The notes under the pieces were generated by a model that was not told the DNA's origin, searched no databases, and worked only from the letters and a program-made list of their open reading frames with translations. A stretch of 64,000 bases of DNA from an uncultured Sporobacter sp. (GTDB lineage Bacteria; Bacillota; Clostridia; Oscillospirales; Oscillospiraceae): positions 401,582 to 465,581 of the forward strand of contig CAXXVF010000002.1 in assembly GCA_963663605.2 (NCBI GenBank), read 5' to 3'. The position numbers and the translations under genes are program-made. This document shows positions 17,298-26,970 of the stretch, piece after piece (the first letter of the stretch is position 1; each line of letters starts with the position of its first letter).

Positions 17298-17929
17298 TTC
17301 GCGGCCTCCTTTATATGAACGATGCGCCCCGCGACGTGCAGACGTCCTTCGCAGTACAGGGAGATGGCTTCGGGCAGGATCTTCCACTCGACCTCTTCCA
17401 TGACGCGCTTTTGCAGGGACTCCGCCGTGTCGTCCTCATGGATGTCGATGGCGCGCTGGAGGATGACCGGACCTGCGTCGGCAACAGCTGTGGCGAAATG
17501 CGCCGTTGCGCCTGTCAGCTTGACGCCGTAATTGAGGGCGGCCTGATGCACGCGCAGGCCGTAAAGACCTTCGCCGCAGAACGACGGGACGAGCGACGGG
17601 TGTATATTGATGATTCTGTTTTCAAACGCCTCGACCACGGGGGAGCCGAGGACGACGAGAAAGCCCGCCAGAACGATGAGTTCAATGTCGAGGCTCACGA
17701 GTTTTTTGTAGATCGCTTCATTGAAGCCTTCCCGGTTCGGAAAGTGCTTATAGTCGATGACGAATGTCTGTATACCGGCGCTTTTAGCGCGCTCGAGGGC
17801 ATAGGCGTTCGGTTTGGTTGATATGACGGCCGTAAGTTCGCAGTTTTTTATCCTTCCGAAATTGAGCGCGTTGATGATCGACTGAAGATTTGTTCCGTTT
17901 CCGGAAACCAATATAGCGGTTCTTACCAT
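17294..17929 (-). CDS. purN: Phosphoribosylglycinamide formyltransferase
   Basis: ILVSGNGTNLQ, NIHPSLVP and GCTAHF-like motifs. 211 aa. Confidence 0.9.
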   Translation of the reverse strand: MVRTAILVSGNGTNLQSIINALNFGRIKNCELTAVISTKPNAYALERAKSAGIQTFVIDYKHFPNREGFNEAIYKKLVSLDIELIVLAGFLVVLGSPVVEAFENRIINIHPSLVPSFCGEGLYGLRVHQAALNYGVKLTGATAHFATAVADAGPVILQRAIDIHEDDTAESLQKRVMEEVEWKILPEAISLYCEGRLHVAGRIVHIKEAAK

Positions 17930-18975
17930 TTTAACTCCACTCCTTTTTCACCTTTGACGCAGCTTCCGATGACGTATGGATGTTCGCCGATCTGTATGAG
18001 CGCGTTGACGATATCGCCGACGTCTTCGCTGTCGACGGCCATGACAAGGCCGACGCCCATATTGAAAGTATTGTACATATCCCGGACGGGGATGTTGCCT
18101 GCCGTCTGCAGGTATGAAGAGACTTTGCACCGGGGGAAGCCGTTCGGCATGATTTTTGCTGTGATGCCTTCCGGCAGCATGCGCGGAACGTTTTCATAAA
18201 GACCGCCGCCAGTTATATGGCAGAGCCCTTTGATGTTCGCGCCCAGCGTTTTGATAAGGTGCATCACCTGACGCACATATATGCGTGTCGGTTTTATCAG
18301 CTCCGCGCCCAGCGTCGTGAACAGCTCGGGTACATTTTCCTCAAGCTTTTCAGGCGTTAAGTCAAGCACTTTGCGCACGAGCGAAAAACCGTTGGAGTGA
18401 AGGCCGGAGGAAGCCAGACCGATCAGCCGGTCGCCGTCCTTGATCGTGCTGCCGTCGATTATTTTGTCCCGGTCGACGATGCCGACGGCGAAACCGGCCA
18501 TATCGTACTCGTCTTCCGCGTAAAAACCGGGCATCTCCGCCGTTTCGCCGCCGATGAGAGCGCATCCGGCCTGGCGGCAGCCTTCGGCGATGCCGGTGAC
18601 GATCTGTTCCGTCCGTTCCGGGATGTTCTTGCCCATGGCGAGATAATCGAGGAAAAACAACGGTTCCGCGCCGCAGCAGATGATGTCGTTTACGCACATG
18701 GCCACACAGTCGATGCCGACCGTATCATGCTTGTCCATCAGGAAAGCGATTTTCAGCTTTGTGCCCACGCCGTCCGTACCGGATACGAATACGGGATTTT
18801 TCATCCCCTCCAGTTTCGGCTGGAACATACCGCCGAACCCGCCGAGACCGCCGATAACGCCCTCGCGGAATGTGCTTGCAACGAGCGGTTTCATCCGTTC
18901 GACCGAATCGTAGCCGGCCGTAACGTCAACGCCGGCAGCGGCGTAGCTGTCAGAAAACGAATTTTGCATACGCAA
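17923..18975 (-). CDS. purM: Phosphoribosylformylglycinamidine cyclo-ligase (AIR synthetase)
   Basis: YAAAGVDV, GGLGGFGG and DGVGTK motifs. 350 aa. Confidence 0.95.
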   Translation of the reverse strand: MRMQNSFSDSYAAAGVDVTAGYDSVERMKPLVASTFREGVIGGLGGFGGMFQPKLEGMKNPVFVSGTDGVGTKLKIAFLMDKHDTVGIDCVAMCVNDIICCGAEPLFFLDYLAMGKNIPERTEQIVTGIAEGCRQAGCALIGGETAEMPGFYAEDEYDMAGFAVGIVDRDKIIDGSTIKDGDRLIGLASSGLHSNGFSLVRKVLDLTPEKLEENVPELFTTLGAELIKPTRIYVRQVMHLIKTLGANIKGLCHITGGGLYENVPRMLPEGITAKIMPNGFPRCKVSSYLQTAGNIPVRDMYNTFNMGVGLVMAVDSEDVGDIVNALIQIGEHPYVIGSCVKGEKGVELKW

Positions 18976-18993
18976 ATCCTTTCAAAAATCGGA

Positions 18994-19704
18994 TCATTTG
19001 CCGAAGATGCGTCTTTGCATCTCCTGATAGGCGTCTTCAACATTGCCGAGGTCCCGGCGGAACCGGTCTTTGTCGAGCTTCTCGCCGGTTTTCGCGTCCC
19101 AGAAACGGCAGGTGTCCGGCGATATTTCGTCGGCTAAAATTATTTTTCCGTCATTTGTTTTACCAAACTCCAGCTTGAAGTCGACGAGCGTGATGCCGCA
19201 CTCAAGCAGGTAGGATTTCAGAAATTCATTGACTTTGTATGCGTATTCGCTGATGAGTCCGACTTCCGCGGGCGTCGCCAGCCCCATGGCGTATACATGG
19301 GTTGTATTAATCAGAGGGTCGCCGAGGTCGTCGTTTTTGTAAGAGAATTCAAGCGTCGGTTTTTTAAAGACAACGCCTTCCTTTACGCCGTAGCGTTTGG
19401 AGAAAGAGCCTGCCGCGATATTTCGCACGATGACTTCAAGCGGTACGATATCGACACGCTGTACGAGTGTTTCACGATCGGAGAGCTCTTCAACGAAATG
19501 CGTCGGGATGCCTACGGAAGCCAGAAGACGCATGAAGTGGTCCGTCATACGGTTGTTGATGACGCCCTTGCCGACGATCGTGCCCTTCTTTTCCCCGTTG
19601 AAAGCCGTGGCATCGTCCTTGTAATCGACGATGACGAGCTCGGGGTCGTCGGTTTTGAAAACTTTTTTTGCTTTTCCCTCATAGATCTGTTCAAGCTTTT
19701 TCAT
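18994..19704 (-). CDS. purC: SAICAR synthetase
   Basis: YEGKAKKVF and LVDFKLEFG motifs. 236 aa. Confidence 0.95.
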   Translation of the reverse strand: MKKLEQIYEGKAKKVFKTDDPELVIVDYKDDATAFNGEKKGTIVGKGVINNRMTDHFMRLLASVGIPTHFVEELSDRETLVQRVDIVPLEVIVRNIAAGSFSKRYGVKEGVVFKKPTLEFSYKNDDLGDPLINTTHVYAMGLATPAEVGLISEYAYKVNEFLKSYLLECGITLVDFKLEFGKTNDGKIILADEISPDTCRFWDAKTGEKLDKDRFRRDLGNVEDAYQEMQRRIFGK

Positions 19705-20198
19705 AGATTTTTTACCTCATTTTGAAGTTTTGCATCCTTGTCCCCGACGGTTTGAGCCATTTTTGTTTTAAAATCTAAAAGACGGCGCGTCAGTGCGTCG
19801 TCGGACAAAGACAGTATCTGTGCAGCCAGTATCGCCGCGTTGTCGGCACCGTTTATAGCCACGGTCGCCACAGGGACGCCGGACGGCATCTGGACGATGG
19901 ACAAAAGACTGTCCAGGCCATCCATCGTTGAGGATTTTATGGGCAGTCCGATAACCGGGAGCGTCGTATAAGCGGCCAGGACGCCGGCCAGGTGCGCGGC
20001 TTTGCCGGCGGCCGCGATAATGACGCCGAAACCGTTGGCAGCGGCGGATGCGGCAAACTTTTCGGCCGCGTATGGCGTTCGATGAGCGGAGATAACGCGC
20101 GCCTCAAAGGGGATATCGAAGGCTTTGAGCTGTTTGAGCGCGCCGCCTACGACACCCAGGTCGCTGTCGGAACCCATGACCACCGCAACTTTTTTCAT
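19701..20198 (-). CDS. purE: PurE (N5-CAIR mutase / AIR carboxylase catalytic subunit)
   Basis: VMGSDSDL and SAHRTP motifs. No purK is present in the cluster. Confidence 0.95.
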   Translation of the reverse strand: MKKVAVVMGSDSDLGVVGGALKQLKAFDIPFEARVISAHRTPYAAEKFAASAAANGFGVIIAAAGKAAHLAGVLAAYTTLPVIGLPIKSSTMDGLDSLLSIVQMPSGVPVATVAINGADNAAILAAQILSLSDDALTRRLLDFKTKMAQTVGDKDAKLQNEVKNL

Positions 20199-20394
20199 CT
20201 TGAACCTCCAAAAAGCGTTTAAATATGAAAATATTCAATGAATATACACTTTTAAATCGATATTATAGTATAATAATTTAGACTCATTTTCAAGATTATC
20301 AAAAATCAAAACGTAAATTTGTATAATTAACCAAGGGCCTGTTGTAAAGGCAAAGTATTTGCGTTAAAATAGCAACAATGACGAATTTAGGGGG
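20199..20394. promoter_or_regulatory. AT-rich divergent promoter region between purE and pyrK
   Basis: On the minus strand, TTGAAA (20293-20288) is followed by a 17-nt spacer and TACTAT (20270-20265). On the plus strand, TGTATAAT lies at 20320-20327. I saw no purine-riboswitch motifs. Confidence 0.35.
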
Positions 20395-21162
20395 ATGCCC
20401 ATGCCCGTTTCCTGCCTTGCGAAAGTGCTTGAAAACAAAAAACTGAACGAAACCATTTTCCGGTTGCGGCTGGACGCGCCGGATATAGCCGAGAAGGCCG
20501 GACCGGGCCAATTTGTCCACGTGCGCTGCGGCGACGGGAATCTGCTGCGCCGGCCGGTCAGCATCTGCGATGTTTCCGGCGGCATTATAACCGTCGTGAT
20601 CGAAACGCGCGGTGCGGGGACGCATTGGCTTTCAGGACGCCTGGCCGGAGAGATGGTCGACCTTCTCGGCCCGCTGGGACACGGCTTTGACGTTGGCGGC
20701 GGCAGCATTCTTTTAGTCGGCGGCGGGATCGGCGCGCCGCCGCTTCTTTACGCCGCGCGCAGGGCCGGCGGCAAGGTGATGGCCGTCCTGGGCTTTCGCA
20801 CCGGCGGCTGCGTAATTTTGCAGGAGGAATTTCAAAGCGCCTGCGATGAAGTATATCTGGCCACGGACGACGGCTCGGCCGGCGTGCATGGATTCGTGAC
20901 GGACGTGCTCAAAGGGCTTTTGGAAGAAAAGACCTATGACGCCGTTTTGGCCTGCGGACCCAGGGCAATGCTCAAAGCAGTAGCGGCGCGCACGCAGGCG
21001 CGCGGGATCAGATGCCAGGTGTCGCTGGAGGAACGCATGGGCTGCGGCGTCGGCGCGTGTCTGGTATGCGCCTGCCGCACCGTCAAAGACGGCAGGGAAC
21101 AGATGCGCCGCGTCTGCAAAGACGGGCCCGTGTTCGATGCCGGGGAGGTGCTTTGGGAATGA
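20395..21162 (+). CDS. pyrK: Dihydroorotate dehydrogenase (type 1B) electron-transfer subunit
   Basis: FAD/NAD-binding fold with the C-terminal 2Fe-2S motif CGVGACLVCAC. The second ATG at 20401 is better spaced from the AGGGGG RBS. Confidence 0.9.
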   Translation: MPMPVSCLAKVLENKKLNETIFRLRLDAPDIAEKAGPGQFVHVRCGDGNLLRRPVSICDVSGGIITVVIETRGAGTHWLSGRLAGEMVDLLGPLGHGFDVGGGSILLVGGGIGAPPLLYAARRAGGKVMAVLGFRTGGCVILQEEFQSACDEVYLATDDGSAGVHGFVTDVLKGLLEEKTYDAVLACGPRAMLKAVAARTQARGIRCQVSLEERMGCGVGACLVCACRTVKDGREQMRRVCKDGPVFDAGEVLWE

Positions 21163-22070
21163 CCGATCTCAGCGTCAGATTTGCCGGCGTGGACTTCAAA
21201 ACGCCGGTCGTCGTATCTTCCGGGACCTTCGGCTTCGGGCGGGAGTACGCCGAGTTTTTCGATCTGTCCGCGTTAGGCGGCATTGCCGTCAAAGGACTGA
21301 CTGTGAAGCAGCGGCAGGGGAACCCCCCGCCGAGGATCGCCGAGACGCCGATGGGCATTTTAAACAGCGTCGGGCTCCAGAATCCGGGCGTAGACGCGTT
21401 CATCCGCGACGAGCTGCCGTTTTTGCGGCAGTTCGACACGAATATTATTGCCAACATATCGGGAAATACCGTGGAAGAATACTGCGAAATGGCGGAGAAG
21501 CTGTCAGACGCGCAGGTGGACCTCATAGAAGTCAACATATCCTGCCCGAACGTGAAAGCGGGCGGCATGGCGTTCGGGACTTCGGCCGCTTCGGCCGCTC
21601 AGGTCACGGCGGCGGTCAAACGCTGTTCAGCGATGCCGGTGATGATCAAGCTTTCGCCGAACGTAACCGATATCGCGGAGATCGCGCGCGCCGCCGAGGA
21701 AGCCGGCGCGGACGCCGTCTCGCTGATCAACACGCTTTTGGGCATGCGTATCGATATCGATACGTTCCGCCCGATCCTAAAAAACAATACGGGCGGCCTG
21801 TCGGGGCCGGCTGTATTTCCCGTAGCGCTTCGGATGGTGCATGAAGTCAAAAATGCCGTTGGAATACCGGTCATGGGAATGGGCGGCATCTCAAAAGCGG
21901 AAGACGCCGTTGAGATGATGCTTGCCGGGGCCGACCTCGTGTCGGTGGGGACGGCGCTGTTTTCCGATCCGCGCGCGCCCGTAACGATCACGGAGGGGCT
22001 GGAAGACTACCTGCGAAGGAAAAACATAGAAAAAGCAACAGAAATAACAGGAAAGGTACATCCATACTGA
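21159..22070 (+). CDS. pyrD: Dihydroorotate dehydrogenase 1B catalytic subunit
   Basis: Start at MTDLSVRFAGVDFKTPV overlaps the pyrK stop. NISCPN and GGISKAEDAVEM motifs. Confidence 0.95.
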   Translation: MTDLSVRFAGVDFKTPVVVSSGTFGFGREYAEFFDLSALGGIAVKGLTVKQRQGNPPPRIAETPMGILNSVGLQNPGVDAFIRDELPFLRQFDTNIIANISGNTVEEYCEMAEKLSDAQVDLIEVNISCPNVKAGGMAFGTSAASAAQVTAAVKRCSAMPVMIKLSPNVTDIAEIARAAEEAGADAVSLINTLLGMRIDIDTFRPILKNNTGGLSGPAVFPVALRMVHEVKNAVGIPVMGMGGISKAEDAVEMMLAGADLVSVGTALFSDPRAPVTITEGLEDYLRRKNIEKATEITGKVHPY

Positions 22071-22071
22071 T

Positions 22072-23214
22072 ATGACAACCATTTATCTGATCCGGCACGC
22101 CGAGGCGGAAGGGAATCTATACCGCCGCATCCACGGGCATTACGACAGTCTGGTCACTAAAAGAGGACAAAAACAAATCGCGGCGCTGAAAAAACGCTTT
22201 GAGGATATTAAGATAGACGCTGTATATTCAAGCAACCTAATAAGGACGATCAAGACGGCCGGCGCGATCTATTTAAGCCACAATCTGCCGCTCATCGTCT
22301 CGCCGAGGCTGAAGGAAGTCTCTATGGGTGTCTGGGAAGACCGCACATGGGGCGAGGTGGAACGGTTCGAGCCGGAACAGCTTAATAACTTCAACAGTGC
22401 CCCGGCAAAGTGGAAGATCAAAGGCTCCGAGGATTATTTCGACCTTCAGGCAAGGATCACGCGGGCGATTATTGACATCGCGGGCAAGCATGACGGCGAG
22501 ACCGTCGCCGTTGTCTCGCACGGGCAGGCAACGCGGGTGTTTCTGGCCGGGGTGCTGGGCGTTTTGCCGGAGGACATAAAGCAGGTCCAGCACAGCGACA
22601 ACACGGCCGTAGCGCGCCTGCGCGTACAGGATGAGCAGATCAGCGTTGACTGGTACGGCGACAACGACCACCTGACCGACGAGCTTTCGACGTTTGCCCA
22701 CCAGAAATGGTGGCGGGAGAACACGTCGTATGACTCAACGAACCTGCGCTTTGCGCCGATTGACCTGGAAAACGACGCGGAACGGTATATGGGCTATCGG
22801 CGAGACGCCTTTGAGGCAGTCTATAAGACAACGATGCCGGAAGATGACTTTACAGCGCGTGCCGTGACGCGCGCAAACGCTGCGCCGCGCGCCGTTTGCC
22901 ATACGCTCATGTATGATACGCCGGTTGGGATGATCGAACTGGATCCGGCAGAGGGCGCGGCGGGAAAAACCGGCGTCATCGATTTCTTTTATATGGTGCC
23001 CGAACACCGGCGCACCGGGATTGCCGTGCAGCTTCTGGGCCATGCGGTCTCCGTTTTCCGCTCGCTTAAACGGGAAAGGCTGCGTATGACGATCGGTGAG
23101 CAAAACGCGCAGGCGCTCGGCTTCTGTGAAAAATACGGTTTTGACGTCGCGGGCATATTTGAAAACCATCTGGGAAAACACTTTATAATGGAAATGGATA
23201 TCGCCCTGGTGTAA
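22072..23214 (+). CDS. Histidine phosphatase (phosphoglycerate-mutase-like) fused to a GNAT-like C-terminal domain
   Basis: The N-terminus LIRHAEAEGN (RHG motif) and VSHGQA define the phosphatase part. The C-terminus RRTGIAVQLLGHAV...GFCEKYGF resembles GNAT motif A. It starts 1 nt after the pyrD stop. Confidence 0.65.
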   Translation: MTTIYLIRHAEAEGNLYRRIHGHYDSLVTKRGQKQIAALKKRFEDIKIDAVYSSNLIRTIKTAGAIYLSHNLPLIVSPRLKEVSMGVWEDRTWGEVERFEPEQLNNFNSAPAKWKIKGSEDYFDLQARITRAIIDIAGKHDGETVAVVSHGQATRVFLAGVLGVLPEDIKQVQHSDNTAVARLRVQDEQISVDWYGDNDHLTDELSTFAHQKWWRENTSYDSTNLRFAPIDLENDAERYMGYRRDAFEAVYKTTMPEDDFTARAVTRANAAPRAVCHTLMYDTPVGMIELDPAEGAAGKTGVIDFFYMVPEHRRTGIAVQLLGHAVSVFRSLKRERLRMTIGEQNAQALGFCEKYGFDVAGIFENHLGKHFIMEMDIALV

Positions 23215-23301
23215 TATAGAGTTTCGTTTGTTGTCCAATAAAGCTATAGGCTTGGCCGATACTTTATATTAGACGGTCAGATTTGATATAAAGGGGTTTA
23301 A

Positions 23302-25179
23302 ATGACACGCAGTGATTTTCTGCCGGTTTCCCGCGACGATATGCGCTCGCGGGATTGGTATTATTACGACTTTCTTCTCATAACGGGTGACGCGTACGTC
23401 GACCACCCGAGCTTCGGCGCGGCCGTAATCGGGCGTGTATTGGAGGCGGACGGCTTCCGCGTCGCCGTTTTGGCCCAGCCGGACTGGAAAAGCGCCGGCG
23501 ATTTTCTGGCGATGGGGCGTCCGCGATACGCGGCGCTTGTGGGCGCGGGGAACCTCGATTCCATGGTCGCCCATTATACGGCGGCTAAAAAGCCCCGCCA
23601 TGACGACGCGTATTCGCCGGGCAGAAAGGCCGGACGCCGGCCTGACCGCGCGGCGATCGTCTACGCAAACCGCGTCCGTGAGGCGTTCCCCGGACTTCCG
23701 GTCGTTATCGGCGGGCTGGAAGCGTCGCTGAGGCGGTTTGCCCATTACGACTACTGGGAAGACAAAGTCCGCCGGGCGGTGCTGTTCGACGCCGGGGCGG
23801 ACCTTCTTGTTTACGGGATGGGGGAGGCCGCCACGCGCGAGATCGCCGTGCGGTTAAAGGGCGGTGCGCCCGTGGATGCGCTGACGGATATACGCGGTAT
23901 GGCTTATATCACGCCGGAACTGACGGACAGTACGTTTGACGCCGTGGAATGCCCGTCGTATGAAGACGTATCTGCGGACAAACGCAAATACGCCGAGGCG
24001 GCGATGCTGCAGTACGACGAGCACGACCCGGTTAGAGGCCGCGCCGTCGTCCAGGGCTGCGCGGGACGGCAGCTCGTCGTCAATCCGCCGCAGATGCCGC
24101 TCAATACAAAAGAGCTTGACCGCATCAGCGCGCTTAAATTCACGCGGGAAGTGCATCCGTCTTATTTAAAGGACGGCGGCGTACCGGCGATTGAAGAAGT
24201 CCGGTTTTCCGTCATCCATAACAGGGGCTGCTTCGGCGCGTGCAGCTTCTGCTCGCTGGCGTTTCATCAGGGGCGTATGGTCACGTCACGCAGCCACGAC
24301 TCCGTTTTGCGGGAGATCGAAGGATTTACAAAGCACCCGGAGTTCAAGGGATACGTGCACGACGTCGGCGGGCCGACGGCGAATTTTCGTCAGCCGTCGT
24401 GCAGACAGCAGCTAAAAAACGGACTGTGCCGCGATAAAAACTGCCTGGGGCCGTCGCCGTGTAAAAACCTCGACGCCGACCACTCGGATTATCTCAAACT
24501 GCTTCGGAAAGCGGAGGCGATCCCCGGCGTTAAAAAGGTCTTTATCCGCTCCGGGATTCGTTTTGACTATCTGCTGGCGGATAAAAACGGCGACTTTTTC
24601 GCCGAGCTTGTCAAAAAACACATATCCGGCCAGCTCAAAGTCGCGCCGGAGCACTGTGTCGACGGCGTGCTGGAATACATGGGGAAGCCGCGCCACGACG
24701 TATATGAGCGGTTTGAGGAAAAATACAAACGCCTCAACGACCGTTACGGCAAAAAGCAGTTCCTCGTGCCGTATTTCATCTCGTCGCATCCGGGCTCAAC
24801 GCTGGAGGACGCCGTGTCGCTTGCCGAATACCTCAATAAGCGCGGCGTGCAGCCCGAGCAGGTGCAGGATTTTTACCCGACGCCCGGGACGCTGTCCACC
24901 TGCATGTATTATACGGGCCTCGACCCTAGAACGATGCAGCCGGTCTATGTGCCGCGCGCACCGCATGAAAAGGCGATGCAGCGCGCGCTCCTGCAGTGGA
25001 AACGGCCGCAAAACCGGAAACTGGTGACGGAAGCGCTTAAAAAAGCCGGCAGGGAAGACCTGATCGGAACCGGCAGGCACTGCCTTATCCGGCCGGAACG
25101 CCCGGCGGACCCGCGGCCGGGAAAAAAGATGTCCGGGAAATCCAAAAAGAAAGCGCCGCAAAAACGCGCGCGAAGATAA
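23302..25179 (+). CDS. ygiQ: YgiQ-family radical SAM protein (UPF0313)
   Basis: The N-terminus DFLLITGDAYVDHPSFG and the radical SAM motif CFGACSFC. The C-terminal tail is basic. Confidence 0.85.
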   Translation: MTRSDFLPVSRDDMRSRDWYYYDFLLITGDAYVDHPSFGAAVIGRVLEADGFRVAVLAQPDWKSAGDFLAMGRPRYAALVGAGNLDSMVAHYTAAKKPRHDDAYSPGRKAGRRPDRAAIVYANRVREAFPGLPVVIGGLEASLRRFAHYDYWEDKVRRAVLFDAGADLLVYGMGEAATREIAVRLKGGAPVDALTDIRGMAYITPELTDSTFDAVECPSYEDVSADKRKYAEAAMLQYDEHDPVRGRAVVQGCAGRQLVVNPPQMPLNTKELDRISALKFTREVHPSYLKDGGVPAIEEVRFSVIHNRGCFGACSFCSLAFHQGRMVTSRSHDSVLREIEGFTKHPEFKGYVHDVGGPTANFRQPSCRQQLKNGLCRDKNCLGPSPCKNLDADHSDYLKLLRKAEAIPGVKKVFIRSGIRFDYLLADKNGDFFAELVKKHISGQLKVAPEHCVDGVLEYMGKPRHDVYERFEEKYKRLNDRYGKKQFLVPYFISSHPGSTLEDAVSLAEYLNKRGVQPEQVQDFYPTPGTLSTCMYYTGLDPRTMQPVYVPRAPHEKAMQRALLQWKRPQNRKLVTEALKKAGREDLIGTGRHCLIRPERPADPRPGKKMSGKSKKKAPQKRARR

Positions 25180-25220
25180 TGACGCCCCCAAACAGGCGTG
25201 AAATCCTTTTTGTTAACTCT

Positions 25221-25253
25221 AAAAAAAGCCGCCTTTTAGGCCGGCTTTTTTTG
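25221..25253 (+). terminator. Intrinsic terminator after ygiQ
   Basis: AAAAAAAGCCGCC-TTTTA-GGCCGGC followed by TTTTTTTG. Confidence 0.6.
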
Positions 25254-25434
25254 TTTTGTTTACATTTTTATAAAGAATATTTCAGCCTGTTTTAAGTTCT
25301 TTTATTTATACTGCAGACACAGGGATGTTAACAGGGCGTATAAGATATGTTAAAACCATGTAAAATGCACCGTTCTTTTAACATTCCAGGCGTTGTCCGT
25401 ATACGGACGACGAACTGAAACGGAGGTGATCGGC

Positions 25435-26247
25435 ATGGGTACCGTACAAAACGTATTCAGCCGTAATGAGATAAAATTCATCGTCGACCAGGCGCAGTAT
25501 AAAGCCTTGACCGATTTTTTGAAAGCATACACGCACGAAGACACATACGGACGGTATACGGTCGGCAACACCTATTTCGACACGCCGGACCACATGCTCG
25601 TCAGACGATCGCTAGAGAAGCCGGTCTATAAGGAAAAACTGCGTGTACGCTGTTATACGGTGCCGGACAAAGATACGGACGTCTTCGTAGAGCTCAAGAA
25701 AAAGTTTAAAGGCGTCGTCTATAAAAGGCGCGTCGTCATGACGATGGAAGAGGCGGGCGCATACCTTATAAGCGGGAAAAAGCCATCCGGTTCGGATCAG
25801 ATTCTCAGCGAAATCGACTGGTTTTTGAATTTGTACCATCCGAAGCCCTATATGTATCTGGCCTATGACCGCATTGCCTTCACGGGGAAAAAAGACCCGA
25901 CGCTGCGTATAACATTCGACAGCAATATCCGCTGGCGGACGTGCGACACGGATCTTTCCTGCGGTACTTGGGGAAAGAAGCTGCTCGACGACGGACTGCA
26001 CGTTCTGGAGATCAAAATATGCGGCTGTATGCCGCTGTGGCTTGCCGACAAGCTGTCGGAGCTCGGCGTATTTAAAACGTCTTTTTCGAAATACGGCCGG
26101 TGCTTCCTTAAAGAAATGGCAGAAAGCGCAGGTATAGAACGAGAAGACGGCGCGCCCGGCAAAATAATAGATATCGCAGACGCGCGCGGATTTGTACCGA
26201 ATGCGTTATGCGAAGAAGACGACGGGAGGAAAACCATTCATGCTTGA
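25435..26247 (+). CDS. VTC-domain (CYTH-like triphosphate-tunnel, polyphosphate-polymerase-domain) protein
   Basis: Start at MGTVQNVF with GGAGGTG upstream. The pattern RNEIKFIV...YFDTPD...YKEKLRVRCY...VFVELKKKFKGVVYKRR matches the bacterial VTC domain. Confidence 0.75.
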   Translation: MGTVQNVFSRNEIKFIVDQAQYKALTDFLKAYTHEDTYGRYTVGNTYFDTPDHMLVRRSLEKPVYKEKLRVRCYTVPDKDTDVFVELKKKFKGVVYKRRVVMTMEEAGAYLISGKKPSGSDQILSEIDWFLNLYHPKPYMYLAYDRIAFTGKKDPTLRITFDSNIRWRTCDTDLSCGTWGKKLLDDGLHVLEIKICGCMPLWLADKLSELGVFKTSFSKYGRCFLKEMAESAGIEREDGAPGKIIDIADARGFVPNALCEEDDGRKTIHA

Positions 26248-26920
26248 AAGTGTTTTGGAACTTATGGGCGATAAAGCGTCCATATCATTGAGCGAATTTG
26301 TTGTTTGCATGGCGGCGTCGTTAATATTCGGCCTCGTCATATCCCTGGTCTACATGTACAAAAACACGTATTCGAAAAGTATCGCGCTGTCGCTGGTCCT
26401 GCTGCCGTCGGTCGTGCAGCTTGTCATCATGATGATAAACGGGAACATCGGCGTCGGCATTGCAGTCGCGGGTGCGTTTTCACTCATACGGTTCCGGTCG
26501 GTGCCGGGAAGCGCGCGCGATATCAGCAGCATTTTCATCGCCATGGCGGTCGGCCTGGCGTCGGCATCCGGTTATCTGCTTGTGGCCGCTTCATTTTTGG
26601 CAGTTGTTTCCACGGTCAGCATTGTTCTCGTCAAATTCAGGTTCGGCGATCCTAAAAAAGGCGTACAGGAGCTGAAAATTACGATCCCGGAAAACCTGGA
26701 CTACGTCGGCGTATTCGACGACCTGTTCGACAAGTACTTAACGGGATTCGAACTGATCCGCGTGCGCACGACAAATATGGGCAGCCTCTATCAGCTTCAA
26801 TATAAAATTACGATGAAGGATATCCGGCAGCAGAAGGAATTCATGGATGAACTGCGCTGCAGGAACGGGAACCTCAATATAATCTGCGGAAGGCTTTCCG
26901 CTGAAAGAGACGAACTATAG
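26240..26920 (+). CDS. DUF4956 membrane protein
   Basis: Start at MLESVLEL overlaps the VTC stop by 8 nt. It has 4 TM helices and the motif GAFSLIRFRSVPGSARDISSIF. Confidence 0.75.
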   Translation: MLESVLELMGDKASISLSEFVVCMAASLIFGLVISLVYMYKNTYSKSIALSLVLLPSVVQLVIMMINGNIGVGIAVAGAFSLIRFRSVPGSARDISSIFIAMAVGLASASGYLLVAASFLAVVSTVSIVLVKFRFGDPKKGVQELKITIPENLDYVGVFDDLFDKYLTGFELIRVRTTNMGSLYQLQYKITMKDIRQQKEFMDELRCRNGNLNIICGRLSAERDEL

Positions 26921-26970
26921 TTAATACCATAAGCGTGTGACTATATCTAATACTGTTATAAGCACAGATT

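Noticed and set aside
20199-20394. Expected purine (guanine/adenine) riboswitch upstream of purE.
   Set aside because: None of the conserved riboswitch segments (UAUAAUC, GAUAUGG, GUUUCUACC, CCGUAAAU, ACUAUG) is present on the transcribed strand. The region is simply AT-rich promoter DNA.
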